64,000 nt of DNA from Candidatus Multivoradales bacterium. Its GTDB lineage: Bacteria; Acidobacteriota; Thermoanaerobaculia; Multivoradales; JAHEKO01. The stretch lies in assembly GCA_965248055.1 (NCBI GenBank), contig CBDFIJ010000004.1, forward strand, positions 192,001 to 256,000, given 5' to 3'. The notes under the pieces are model-generated. The model was not told the DNA's origin. It was given only the letters and a program-made list of their open reading frames with translations, and did no database searches. How positions within the stretch are numbered: position 1 is the first letter of the stretch; the number at the start of each line of letters is the position of its first letter. Of the stretch, positions 1 to 8,643 are shown piece by piece. The translations under genes and the position numbers were made by a program.

Positions 1-1
1 C

Positions 2-736
2 TGGTATGAACAATGGAAAGATCTAGACAATAATGGCGTTGGCAGCGCCGCCTATAACGCAGCGCTTGAAGTCATTACGCGACAATTTACCGACCACGGC
101 ACCAACCCCAGCCAGCTCCCCAACCAAAACTCGCTCGCGCAGCTACGTACCAACGAAAATACCCTTGATCCACTATGGCAGCTAAGGGAATTCACTCTGC
201 AAAGCCCATCCGCGGTGTCACCGGGCACCCTGGGGTTGGTTACCGTCAAACAGACGCCAGACTTCTCCTTCGAAAATTCCGCAACCCTTTCCAACTACAT
301 TGTCGCTAACTCAGTCGCGATCTTGGCCGACAGGCACGTAGTGCCAAACCGATTCCCTACCCTCCTGGATCCATTCTTAGGCGCAACCTCACCGACGCCC
401 TCACCCAATACGTTTTGGCGCGCTCCGGGAGTCCTTGCGATGCCGAATGGAGCTGATCTGCGGCAGAAAGTATCCCTCAACACTTGCTCTGGATGTCACG
501 CAGGAGAAACACAAACTTTCTTCACGCATATCGGTAGTGTTGGGCGCCGGTTTCCTGGCTCTTCGGCGAATCTTTCTGGCTTCCTCACCGGCATATCGAT
601 ACCGGATCCCGGCGATCCAACGATCACGCGAAATTTCAACGACTTGGCACGGCGTCAACAGGCTCTTGCCGACATCCTGAATCGAACTTGCTTTGAACTA
701 CCGTTCTTCAGACCGCCTACCGTTATGACGCACTAG
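2..736 (+). CDS. 5'-partial hypothetical protein with a single CxxCH (putative c-type heme) motif
   Basis: Frame is open from base 2 (WYEQWKDLDNNGVGSAAYNAALEVIT...QLRTNE...WQLREF) into ORF 215..736, which contains NTCSGCH. The start lies outside the window. Confidence 0.75.
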   Translation, partial: WYEQWKDLDNNGVGSAAYNAALEVITRQFTDHGTNPSQLPNQNSLAQLRTNENTLDPLWQLREFTLQSPSAVSPGTLGLVTVKQTPDFSFENSATLSNYIVANSVAILADRHVVPNRFPTLLDPFLGATSPTPSPNTFWRAPGVLAMPNGADLRQKVSLNTCSGCHAGETQTFFTHIGSVGRRFPGSSANLSGFLTGISIPDPGDPTITRNFNDLARRQQALADILNRTCFELPFFRPPTVMTH

Positions 737-841
737 CAACGTAATTTTGACCGGGTGCGTTCTCACGAGCCCTCGATCAAATGAACACCAGTGCTCAACA
801 CTACTAGCTCGCTAATCGGACAGCATTCGTTCACACCGACT

Positions 842-863
842 CCGGTGGCACTACTGCCACCGG
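842..863. terminator. Hairpin between convergent genes (possible terminator)
   Basis: Perfect 9-bp stem CCGGTGGCA-ctac-TGCCACCGG. No clear poly-U tail. Confidence 0.4.
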
Positions 864-933
864 GGCCGAATTTGGATACCCCACACACACAACGAAACAA
901 CACTGCCAACTCTGGCTCTCAGAAGAGACTTAC

Positions 934-1572
934 TTACCCCATTGATCCCACCCGACGCAGTGTTTTGAGTCCGAGCAGAATCGCGGCCATGATCAAAAAG
1001 ATCCCCGAAACACGTCCGACCCAAACTCTGATCGGCCCCCTCAGCCGGCCTGCTAACCAATCGGCGGCCGCACCATAGGAGGCAAGAAAGCAGGCGTCCA
1101 GCACAAAATAAGTCATTCCTAGTCCCAACAACTGAGGCCATAGAGGCCGCGTTGAATCAATGAATTGAGGAAACAGAGCAGTAAAAAAGACCACTGCCTT
1201 GGGATTCGCCGCAGAGGTCACGAAGCCCTGCAGCCAAAGAGTCTTCGCTGACGTCTTTGTCTCTTTTGTGTCAGGAATGAACGGATGACCCGCCGAGACA
1301 ATCTGCTTGATGCCTAGCCAAAGCAGATATCCGACACCGCCCCACTTGATCACTGAAAACCCAAACTCTGACGCCATAACCAAACTTGCCAGACCCAGTC
1401 CTGCGGCCAACATTTGTAGGACGTTTGCAGTCAAATCCCCCGCCGCTGTTGCCAACGACGGCTTGAACCCATGAGCCATACTGTTGGACAACATCAGCAA
1501 ATGACTGGGGCCTGGCACACTCATCAAGAGCAACACCGTCCCCAGATAGAACAGCCAGACTTCGTAGCTCAT
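934..1572 (-). CDS. LysE/RhtB family amino-acid exporter
   Basis: N-terminal PGP motif (SVPGPSHL), GFVTSAANPKAVVFF motif, hydrophobic 212 aa. Confidence 0.92.
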   Translation of the reverse strand: MSYEVWLFYLGTVLLLMSVPGPSHLLMLSNSMAHGFKPSLATAAGDLTANVLQMLAAGLGLASLVMASEFGFSVIKWGGVGYLLWLGIKQIVSAGHPFIPDTKETKTSAKTLWLQGFVTSAANPKAVVFFTALFPQFIDSTRPLWPQLLGLGMTYFVLDACFLASYGAAADWLAGRLRGPIRVWVGRVSGIFLIMAAILLGLKTLRRVGSMG

Positions 1573-1712
1573 ACCAGATATAGATTATCGCCAAGAACGT
1601 CTTGTGTCGCGCCACCGTGGATCTAAGAGCCGGTTGTTGCAGCACACTGACCATTTCCGAGGGCATCCCTCAACCCGCACTCAACCGAACGGCATCTTGT
1701 AGACTGCTGCCG

Positions 1713-2642
1713 ATGACATCGATCCTTTCCGTGGTTGCGGCAGAAAAACGCTTTGGTCAAACCCAGGCGCTTGATGGAGTCGAATTGCAGCTTCAAGGCG
1801 GCGAGTGGCTTGGCCTGTTGGGACCGAACGGCGCTGGCAAGACCACTCTAGTCCGGGCTCTCGCGGGCCGAGTGCAACTCGATAGCGGGCACCTCGAACT
1901 GTTTGGACACCGCCTTGACAACACTCCTGGTGACAACCATTCTCGATCCAAGCTCGGCATCGTCCCTCAGGACATCGCCCTCTATCCTCAACTAACGGCA
2001 ACCGAAAACCTACAAGCGTGGGGGCAACTTCACGGTATTCCCGCAAATGAGATCGCGAACCGGGTCTCGTGGGCACTGGAATGGACGGGACTTTCTGAGC
2101 GGGATGATGAGCCCGTCAAGCGATTTTCCGGCGGGATGAAGAGACGACTGAACATCGCTTGCGGCGTCCTGCATCGGCCTGAAGTAGTCCTTCTCGACGA
2201 ACCGACTGTTGGCGTGGATCCCCAGAGCCGCGAACGTATCTGGGAGATGCTTGAGGGAATTCGCAACGATGGGGCTTCGCTTTTGCTGACCACACATCAG
2301 TTGGACGAAGCACAGCAAGCTTGTGACCGTATCGTCATCATCGACCATGGGCGGGTGATTGCTGCCGGAACGTTTGATGAGCTTGTTGAGCGAACGCTCG
2401 GTGCCACACGCAAGGTTACCTTTGTACTTTCGGAGCGTCCCTCTGAAAACCTATCGCCGGTGCGCTGGTTAACCAACAACGACGGCACCCTGGTGTGCCA
2501 GGTCAAGGACATCGCCACCGAACTACCCTCGTTGCTGACCGAGCTGCATGCAGCGGGCGGCAGGGTTAGCGATCTTCAAATCGATGCACCCAACCTTCAG
2601 GCCGTCTTCATTCACCTCACTGGGCGAGAGCTCCGCGAATGA
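1713..2642 (+). CDS. ABC-2 type exporter ATP-binding protein
   Basis: Walker [10 protein letters not shown], signature FSGGMKRR, Walker B LLDEPT. Start placed at ATG 1713. Confidence 0.93.
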   Translation: MTSILSVVAAEKRFGQTQALDGVELQLQGGEWLGLLGPNGAGKTTLVRALAGRVQLDSGHLELFGHRLDNTPGDNHSRSKLGIVPQDIALYPQLTATENLQAWGQLHGIPANEIANRVSWALEWTGLSERDDEPVKRFSGGMKRRLNIACGVLHRPEVVLLDEPTVGVDPQSRERIWEMLEGIRNDGASLLLTTHQLDEAQQACDRIVIIDHGRVIAAGTFDELVERTLGATRKVTFVLSERPSENLSPVRWLTNNDGTLVCQVKDIATELPSLLTELHAAGGRVSDLQIDAPNLQAVFIHLTGRELRE

Positions 2643-3994
2643 TCACCACGCTACTGCGAATCAGTTGGCTGAACCTGAAAAGGGATCGAGTCGCGCTCGC
2701 TCTTACTTTTGTGCTGCCTTTAGTCTTTTTCTCAATATTTGCAGCCATCTTCGGAGGAATGGGCAGTTCAGGAACCCCCGGCTCAGGGTCGATGAAGGTA
2801 ATCGCTGTCGACCTCGACAACTCGAAGATCAGCGCTCAACTCATTAAGGCTCTCGACGATCAAGAGGCGATTGAGATTATCTCGACCCGCGAGGCCAGTG
2901 ATGGAGACTCCATCGCGCAGCCCTTTGACCGAGAGTCAGCACTGCAAGAGGTGCGTAGCGGAAAGCGCAGCGTAGCAATCGTGCTACCACAAGGATTCGG
3001 TGCGGCTTTCGGCAACTTCGGAGGCGAAAGCGCATCGCTGGAACTGATCCACGACCCCGCGAACCCATTCGCCGAACAGGTCGTCACCGGGCTGATCCAA
3101 GCCTCGGCCATGACCGCAGCTCCGGAGATCCTGCTAGACGGCGGCATCGAACAGCTTGAGACCTTCGGTGGCGTACTCACACCAGAACAGCACCAGGCGA
3201 TTGGCGATTTCAAGACCATGTTGCAAGAGCAAGAAAACGGCGCAACCGCAACGAATGGTGGTGAAGACGATAGCGAGCCAATTGGTCCGACGCCTTTCAC
3301 AGGCCTAGTGCAGGTGGTTGCAGTCAGTGCCATGGAAGCCGAAGAAGATGAGGTAGATGCCAGTCCTTCCATCATCTCTTACTATGCTGCTGGCATTGGA
3401 GTGATGTTTCTCCTGTTTTCGATGGCTGGCGCGGCAGCGACCTTGCTCGAAGAGGAGGAGAGCGGCACCCTTGAACGCCTGCTGTCTTCCAACGTCGATA
3501 TGGGGACTCTGCTGGTAGGCAACTGGATCTTCTTTGCCGCGGTCGGCTTCGTACAACTGTCTGTGATGTTCGTTTGGGGAGCGTTGGTGTTTGGTCTCGA
3601 CCTGTTCACTCCGAAACATCTGGCAGGCTTCGTCGCGATGAGCCTCGTCACCTCGATAGCCGCAGCCGCATTTGCACTGATGTTGGCGACCATCGCCAAA
3701 AGCCGAGCACAGCTCAACGGCATATCGACGGTGGTCATTCTGGTCATGTCGGCGCTAGGCGGCAGCATGGTGCCGCGATTCATCATGCCCGAGTTCATGA
3801 ACACAACCGCTCTGTTCACCTTCAACGGCTGGGCACTAGACGGGTTTCTCAAGGTTTTCTGGTACCAAGATCCGAAAGCAACCATCGTCCAATCTCTGAC
3901 CTCGCTGGCACCGCAGCTTGCAGTGCTTGGTGGCATGGCAGTGGTGTTTTTTGTCATTGCCAGAATTCTCGCGCGACGATGGGAAGCGCTCTAG
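2639..3994 (+). CDS. ABC-2 type exporter permease
   Basis: N-terminal TM helix, large extracytoplasmic loop, EEEESGTLERLL motif, C-terminal TM bundle. ATGA overlap with the ATPase gene. Confidence 0.9.
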   Translation: MITTLLRISWLNLKRDRVALALTFVLPLVFFSIFAAIFGGMGSSGTPGSGSMKVIAVDLDNSKISAQLIKALDDQEAIEIISTREASDGDSIAQPFDRESALQEVRSGKRSVAIVLPQGFGAAFGNFGGESASLELIHDPANPFAEQVVTGLIQASAMTAAPEILLDGGIEQLETFGGVLTPEQHQAIGDFKTMLQEQENGATATNGGEDDSEPIGPTPFTGLVQVVAVSAMEAEEDEVDASPSIISYYAAGIGVMFLLFSMAGAAATLLEEEESGTLERLLSSNVDMGTLLVGNWIFFAAVGFVQLSVMFVWGALVFGLDLFTPKHLAGFVAMSLVTSIAAAAFALMLATIAKSRAQLNGISTVVILVMSALGGSMVPRFIMPEFMNTTALFTFNGWALDGFLKVFWYQDPKATIVQSLTSLAPQLAVLGGMAVVFFVIARILARRWEAL

Positions 3995-4101
3995 ATTGAA
4001 GCACCTTAGAGACTCTCCAGTTGACGGAAACGCTGCGACACACACATCTAAGATCCGCTGAACTTGCGAAACGCTGAGCTCTTGATCGTCGCGACCGAGG
4101 C

Positions 4102-4851
4102 TCATGGTGTCCGTTCTTGCTGGGCGCGGAGACCTTCTCTTAGGTAATTAACGCCACCCAACTGCCTGACTTGGCGTTGAATCCAAGCTGCGCGTGAGCG
4201 CACGTTCGGCCCCGGATTGACCACCGACATGCGGTCAGGACTGGGCAATACCGCGGCAAGGCGTGAAGTCTCGTCGAGGGTGAGGTCAGCGGGCAACTTA
4301 CCGAAAAACTCCTGAGCAGCCGCGGTTACGCCAAAAGTACACGGTCCAAATTGCGCGATATTCAGATAGACCTCCAAAATCCGTTCCTTGGGCCACAGTA
4401 GCTCAAGCCAAACCGTCAGGTAGGCCTCGACTCCCTTGCGCAGCCAACTCCGCCCCGACCAAAGGAAAAGATTCTTAACCACCTGCTGCGAGATGGTTGA
4501 GGCACCTCGTGTTGAACGCCCCGCTTGATTGCTACTCAAGGCTTGTCGGATCGCATCGACGTCGAAACCATGGTGCTGCGGAAACAACTGATCCTCCGCA
4601 GCCACCACCGAAATCGCAGCCCACTCCGAGATCTTGCTCTCAGAGGTCCAGCCGTAAAACACGCGATGACATGGCTGGTCTTCACTCCAGCCGTTCACCG
4701 CGTTGCCAATCATGAAAGAGGTGGTCAGAGGAGGGGCGAAGCGTAAGAAAAGCAGAAACGGCACCGGTGCTAGCAAGACAAGGAGCGCGCCAAACAAAAA
4801 GATCTGGCGCCAGCCCAAAGAACGGATCGTTGTTAACAAGCTAGCCAGCAC
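4102..4851 (-). CDS. mtgA: Monofunctional biosynthetic peptidoglycan transglycosylase
   Basis: GT51 motifs AAEDQLFPQHHGFD, RGASTISQQVVKNLFLW, RKGVEA, ILEVYLN. No transpeptidase domain. Confidence 0.93.
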   Translation of the reverse strand: MLASLLTTIRSLGWRQIFLFGALLVLLAPVPFLLFLRFAPPLTTSFMIGNAVNGWSEDQPCHRVFYGWTSESKISEWAAISVVAAEDQLFPQHHGFDVDAIRQALSSNQAGRSTRGASTISQQVVKNLFLWSGRSWLRKGVEAYLTVWLELLWPKERILEVYLNIAQFGPCTFGVTAAAQEFFGKLPADLTLDETSRLAAVLPSPDRMSVVNPGPNVRSRAAWIQRQVRQLGGVNYLREGLRAQQERTP

Positions 4852-4871
4852 CTGTTGACTCTACCCGCGAG

Positions 4872-5210
4872 TCACTTCGATCCACGACTCCGAAGATGCG
4901 GCTCGACTTTGCGCTCTAGAAGCTCCACCAGTTCGTCATCCATGAACTCATATCGATCCGGAATGCCTAACGTGATCACCTTCTGTCGGTCTATCCAACC
5001 ACCGAACTTGCTACGCAGCCGCTTTGTCTGCGCGGCCTCCATGGTGAAGATCATGTCAGCCCAGAAGACTAGGTCCGAGGTCAATGGCGTTTCAGAGTCC
5101 CGATTGAGACCTGCGGACATCACCTCTAAATCTGGACCACCCGAAAACACCGCTTCGGCAGTGGGACTACGAAAACGGTTCTTAGAACAGACAAAAAGGA
5201 CTCGGATCAC
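4872..5210 (-). CDS. Low-molecular-weight protein tyrosine phosphatase family protein
   Basis: P-loop VLFVCSKNRFRSPTAE, WADMIFTME, IPDRYEFMD. GTG start at 5210 overlaps the upstream stop (GTGA). Confidence 0.88.
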   Translation of the reverse strand: MIRVLFVCSKNRFRSPTAEAVFSGGPDLEVMSAGLNRDSETPLTSDLVFWADMIFTMEAAQTKRLRSKFGGWIDRQKVITLGIPDRYEFMDDELVELLERKVEPHLRSRGSK

Positions 5211-5554
5211 GGATAGCTTGTAAAAAAAGCGATCGCCCAGAAACGGGTAATAATCCCGGCGAAGACGATGCCAATTGCCAACAAGATCCATCGAACTCTG
5301 TGCCAAGTACTCCGCATCCCCGACAACTGGGCGAACACGTTCGCTGGGTAAGCTGCACAGTAGCCGATATTCGCCAATACCACTAGAACAATTAGCCCCA
5401 ACAAGAAGTTGAACGTCAGGATCGTTTGCGAGTTCGGCCATCCAGCCACGAAATACCACGCAACGATCGCCGCTAGCACCCCGTTGTAGACCAGTCGCCG
5501 CGGTTCTCAGTATCGAATACTGTCGGTCACCATGTCGCGAAATGTATTGGTCAA
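5207..5554 (-). pseudogene. Small membrane protein gene interrupted by an in-frame TGA
   Basis: GGAGG RBS plus TTG at 5554 reads MTNTFRDMVTDSIRY*EPRRLVYNGVLAAIV..., with TGA at 5509-5507 in frame with ORF 5207..5479. Confidence 0.7.
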
Positions 5555-5646
5555 CTAAAACCTCCCCAATGGGACAGCGAATAGCACGATACAAGCATTG
5601 TGTCCTTTCTTGCCACTGCGAGCAGACCGGCAAGTTTCTGCAGGAA

Positions 5647-7059
5647 CTACTCTACGACCAATTCCTCCATCTCACCCAAGAGAGCCTGCCATTCGGGCAA
5701 GCCATGAAGAGGTTCCCAGGTTGGGTCGGTCCGCAGGCGCTCCAGGTCAGCCGGCCCGGAGTGGACCGCCTCGGTCAGCGCAGCCATCGCCTGTTTACGC
5801 TTTCCGGCGTTGGCAAACAGCCCAGCCAAACGCCAGTGCGGGCCACTTCGATCTGGGAACACCTCGTGGGCAACGCGCAGGGAGGTCGCCGCCCGGGCGA
5901 TCGCAGCGCGCTCTTCCAAGGTCCTGGGAACGTAGAAAATCGCCTGAGTGTAGAGCGTTTCGAGCACCCTCTTGGCCGACATCGCCTTCACTGGGTCCGA
6001 GTCAGCTTCCTGTTTCTTCATCCTTGCCAACTGCAACAACGTCATGGACTCGGAAAGTGTCGGCGCAGATTCAGCTCCGGTCATCGCCACCACCCACCGA
6101 CCGATTGAATCTCTCCGGTACAAACGTTCTCGACCAGCCAACTTGCGCTCGGTACGGATCGCCGCTTGCACTACCTCGGCCGACTCAATCGTAGCAAGCT
6201 TGGTTGCGTCCTCTTCGCTGTAGCCATGACCGCCAAAGTCCCGTGCAAGAGCGCGCGCATGACGCAGCTGTTCCAATGGCTCATTCGTCGTGTCGCGGCG
6301 CTCTCTAAGTTTGTCCAGCTCTTGTTCGACAAACTCAGTGTCAACCTCTTGGCTACCGGAAAGCAGGAACCGCAGCTTGATCCAATCCAGCGCATCGGAA
6401 AGTTGCTCTACCGGCGCCCAACCGTGGCGTCCCTCAAACACCTCGAATCGATGAGCGGAGCCGACTTGGTGCAGGTGCTGCTCTAACGCCATCATCTCCT
6501 GGTAGTTGAAGTCAGCGTCGCCGGTTATTCCGTAATAGGCAAAAGGCACGGTATCTTCCGGCGGCCCGTGGCTGCTGACCTGGACCCCGCCGGCACAGGC
6601 AATCACCGCGGCCAGACGGCCCTCCAAGGCTTGACCAAACATCCAACTGGTGTGCGCAGTGCCAGACATTCCAGCCAACACCACCCGCTCCTGATCAACC
6701 TTAAACCTGCGCGGAACGTCGTTGAGCAGAGCCAGCGTCGCATCCAAAGTCACCGAGGTATTGGTGTCGCTGCGCGTGCGGTAGGAACTGACGACGATAA
6801 ACCCATTGCGCTCCGCTGCCTGCTTGAACAAGTCCAACGCCATCAGCCCTCGACCGCGCGGATCGAGAACAAACACCACCGGCAAACTGGCTTCCTGATC
6901 GTAGCTACTCGGCAGGTAGAGAGCGTAGGTTTGATCGAGATCGGCCAGCGTCGCCACCTCCTCCACCACCTCTCCGATTGGGAAAGACTGCGCAATGACT
7001 GCGCTCGCGCACCATCCAATGGCGCATAGAGAGATAAGAAGTTGTAGTCCTCGAGACAT
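5647..7059 (-). CDS. Secreted alpha/beta-hydrolase-like protein with C-terminal TPR-like region
   Basis: Signal peptide (LLISLCAIGWCASAVIAQ), YALYLPSSYD, nucleophile elbow LAGMSGTA, His motif FEGRHGW, helical C-terminus. Start placed at ATG 7059. Confidence 0.75.
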   Translation of the reverse strand: MSRGLQLLISLCAIGWCASAVIAQSFPIGEVVEEVATLADLDQTYALYLPSSYDQEASLPVVFVLDPRGRGLMALDLFKQAAERNGFIVVSSYRTRSDTNTSVTLDATLALLNDVPRRFKVDQERVVLAGMSGTAHTSWMFGQALEGRLAAVIACAGGVQVSSHGPPEDTVPFAYYGITGDADFNYQEMMALEQHLHQVGSAHRFEVFEGRHGWAPVEQLSDALDWIKLRFLLSGSQEVDTEFVEQELDKLRERRDTTNEPLEQLRHARALARDFGGHGYSEEDATKLATIESAEVVQAAIRTERKLAGRERLYRRDSIGRWVVAMTGAESAPTLSESMTLLQLARMKKQEADSDPVKAMSAKRVLETLYTQAIFYVPRTLEERAAIARAATSLRVAHEVFPDRSGPHWRLAGLFANAGKRKQAMAALTEAVHSGPADLERLRTDPTWEPLHGLPEWQALLGEMEELVVE

Positions 7060-7135
7060 GAACTGACTACGGAGCCTGAGGTGAAAAGGTTCGGGGACGC
7101 AGTGCTTAGATTTAATAGCCACTGCGTGACACCTC

Positions 7136-8566
7136 GAGTGTGTCCTAAAGTTAGTTGAAATTTGAAACGGCTCCTCAACCCGTGATTTGATGGAATTTCC
7201 AAGAGGCCATCAAGCCACAACGAGAAAAGGAGCCGATAGATGAGTGTTTTACATAGAGTCAAGAAACGCAAGAAGAATCGCAAGCTGGGTGAGGTCGAAG
7301 TCGTGAGCCACAGCCACTACGCTGCTCTTGAACTGGACACCAAAGTGGATCTAATTCGCTCTTTGGTGCCAATAGGTTTGATGCACATCCATGAGTTGCT
7401 GAACCAGGAAGTGACGTCTCTAGCAGGGGAGCGATACGCGCGCAAAGAGTCATCAACACAAGGTCGGCGTCACGGGAGTAACCCCGGCACGGTGGGCCTT
7501 GCTGGCCAACGAGTGCCGATCCAAGTGCCTCGGGTCCGCAGTGTTTCAGGGGGAGAGATTCCACTCTCGAGCTACGAAGCCCTGGGCAACGACCGGGAGG
7601 CCAACGATCTACTCCTAAGGCGGGTGCTCTACGGAATCTCATGCCGTGACTACGAAGCGGCAGCGGAGTCGATTCCAGGTGCCATCGGGCTGTCTAGCTC
7701 GACGGTCTCGCGTGGCTTTATTGAGGCCAGCGCAGCCAAGCTCAAAGAGTTTCAGCAACGCGACCTCGGTGGAGAGGATGTGGTTGCTCTGTTCTTGGAC
7801 GGTAAGACGTTTGCTGACACCACGATGGTAGTGGCTTTGGGCATCACGGCCAGCGGAGATAAACGCTTCCTGGGCTTTGTCGAGACGGGTACCGAGAACG
7901 AGAAGGTGTTGACGCCCTTTCTGCGCTCACTCATCGAGCGAGGTCTCGACATTTCCCAGGGCTTGCTGGTGATCATTGATGGTGGCAAGGGATTACGCTC
8001 GGCCGTTGCCAAGGCGTTTAAGGGTCGAGCCCTGGTGCAACGCTGCCAGTGGCACAAGCGTGAGAACGTGGTCAGCTATTTACCCAAGGGAGAACAGGCG
8101 CTGTGGCGCCAGAGGTTGCAGCGAGCTTACAACCGACCAGAATACGAGGAGGCTAAGACTGCGCTTGAGGAGCTCCGCCACGAGCTGGAAGATCGCAACC
8201 AGTCAGCGGCGGCCAGCCTGAGAGAAGGGCTGGAAGAGACCTTGACGCTGCATCAACTAGGACTCTACGGGGTCCTGGGTCGCTCGTTTAAAACTACCAA
8301 TTGTCTTGAGTCGATCAATGCAGCTGTCGAGGCCCGCTGCGCCAAGATCGACTACTGGAAAAATTCCAACCAACGGCAACGCTGGCTGGCCACCGCACTG
8401 CTGGATATCGAACCGCGGCTGAGACGAGTGATGGGCTACCGTCACTTGCCGCAACTACGAGAAGCCTTGATGAGGAAACTGAAGATCGAAAACAAGGAAG
8501 TGGCCGCAAGAGCGGCCTAAATCAACCGGAGCCGTGAATTGTTTCAACTAGGAATGGGATTGACTC
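7136..8566 (+). mobile_element. IS256-family insertion sequence (~1.43 kb)
   Basis: Imperfect 39-bp terminal inverted repeats at 7136-7174 (GAGTGTGTCCTAAAGTTAGTTGAAATTTGAAACGGCTCC) and 8528-8566 (25/39 match by hand) flank the transposase. No flanking direct repeat seen. Confidence 0.88.
7240..8520 (+). CDS. IS256-family (Mutator-type) DDE transposase
   Basis: LFLDG, IIDGGKGL, VQRCQWHKREN, TTNCLESIN motifs; intact 426 aa. Confidence 0.93.
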   Translation: MSVLHRVKKRKKNRKLGEVEVVSHSHYAALELDTKVDLIRSLVPIGLMHIHELLNQEVTSLAGERYARKESSTQGRRHGSNPGTVGLAGQRVPIQVPRVRSVSGGEIPLSSYEALGNDREANDLLLRRVLYGISCRDYEAAAESIPGAIGLSSSTVSRGFIEASAAKLKEFQQRDLGGEDVVALFLDGKTFADTTMVVALGITASGDKRFLGFVETGTENEKVLTPFLRSLIERGLDISQGLLVIIDGGKGLRSAVAKAFKGRALVQRCQWHKRENVVSYLPKGEQALWRQRLQRAYNRPEYEEAKTALEELRHELEDRNQSAAASLREGLEETLTLHQLGLYGVLGRSFKTTNCLESINAAVEARCAKIDYWKNSNQRQRWLATALLDIEPRLRRVMGYRHLPQLREALMRKLKIENKEVAARAA

Positions 8567-8643
8567 TGGCAGATAGGGTTGGGCCCAAAGGGGCTACATA
8601 CCGGTCTACACCACCTGGACAACGAGTTGTACCACCTACCGAG

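Noticed and set aside
5507-5509. Selenocysteine or TGA=Trp recoding
   Set aside because: No redox motif or evident SECIS. TGA terminates many genes in the window and drives the prfB frameshift.
4872-5633. 253-aa ORF as a single gene
   Set aside because: Only the last 112 aa are LMW-PTP; the upstream part overlaps the membrane gene in another frame.
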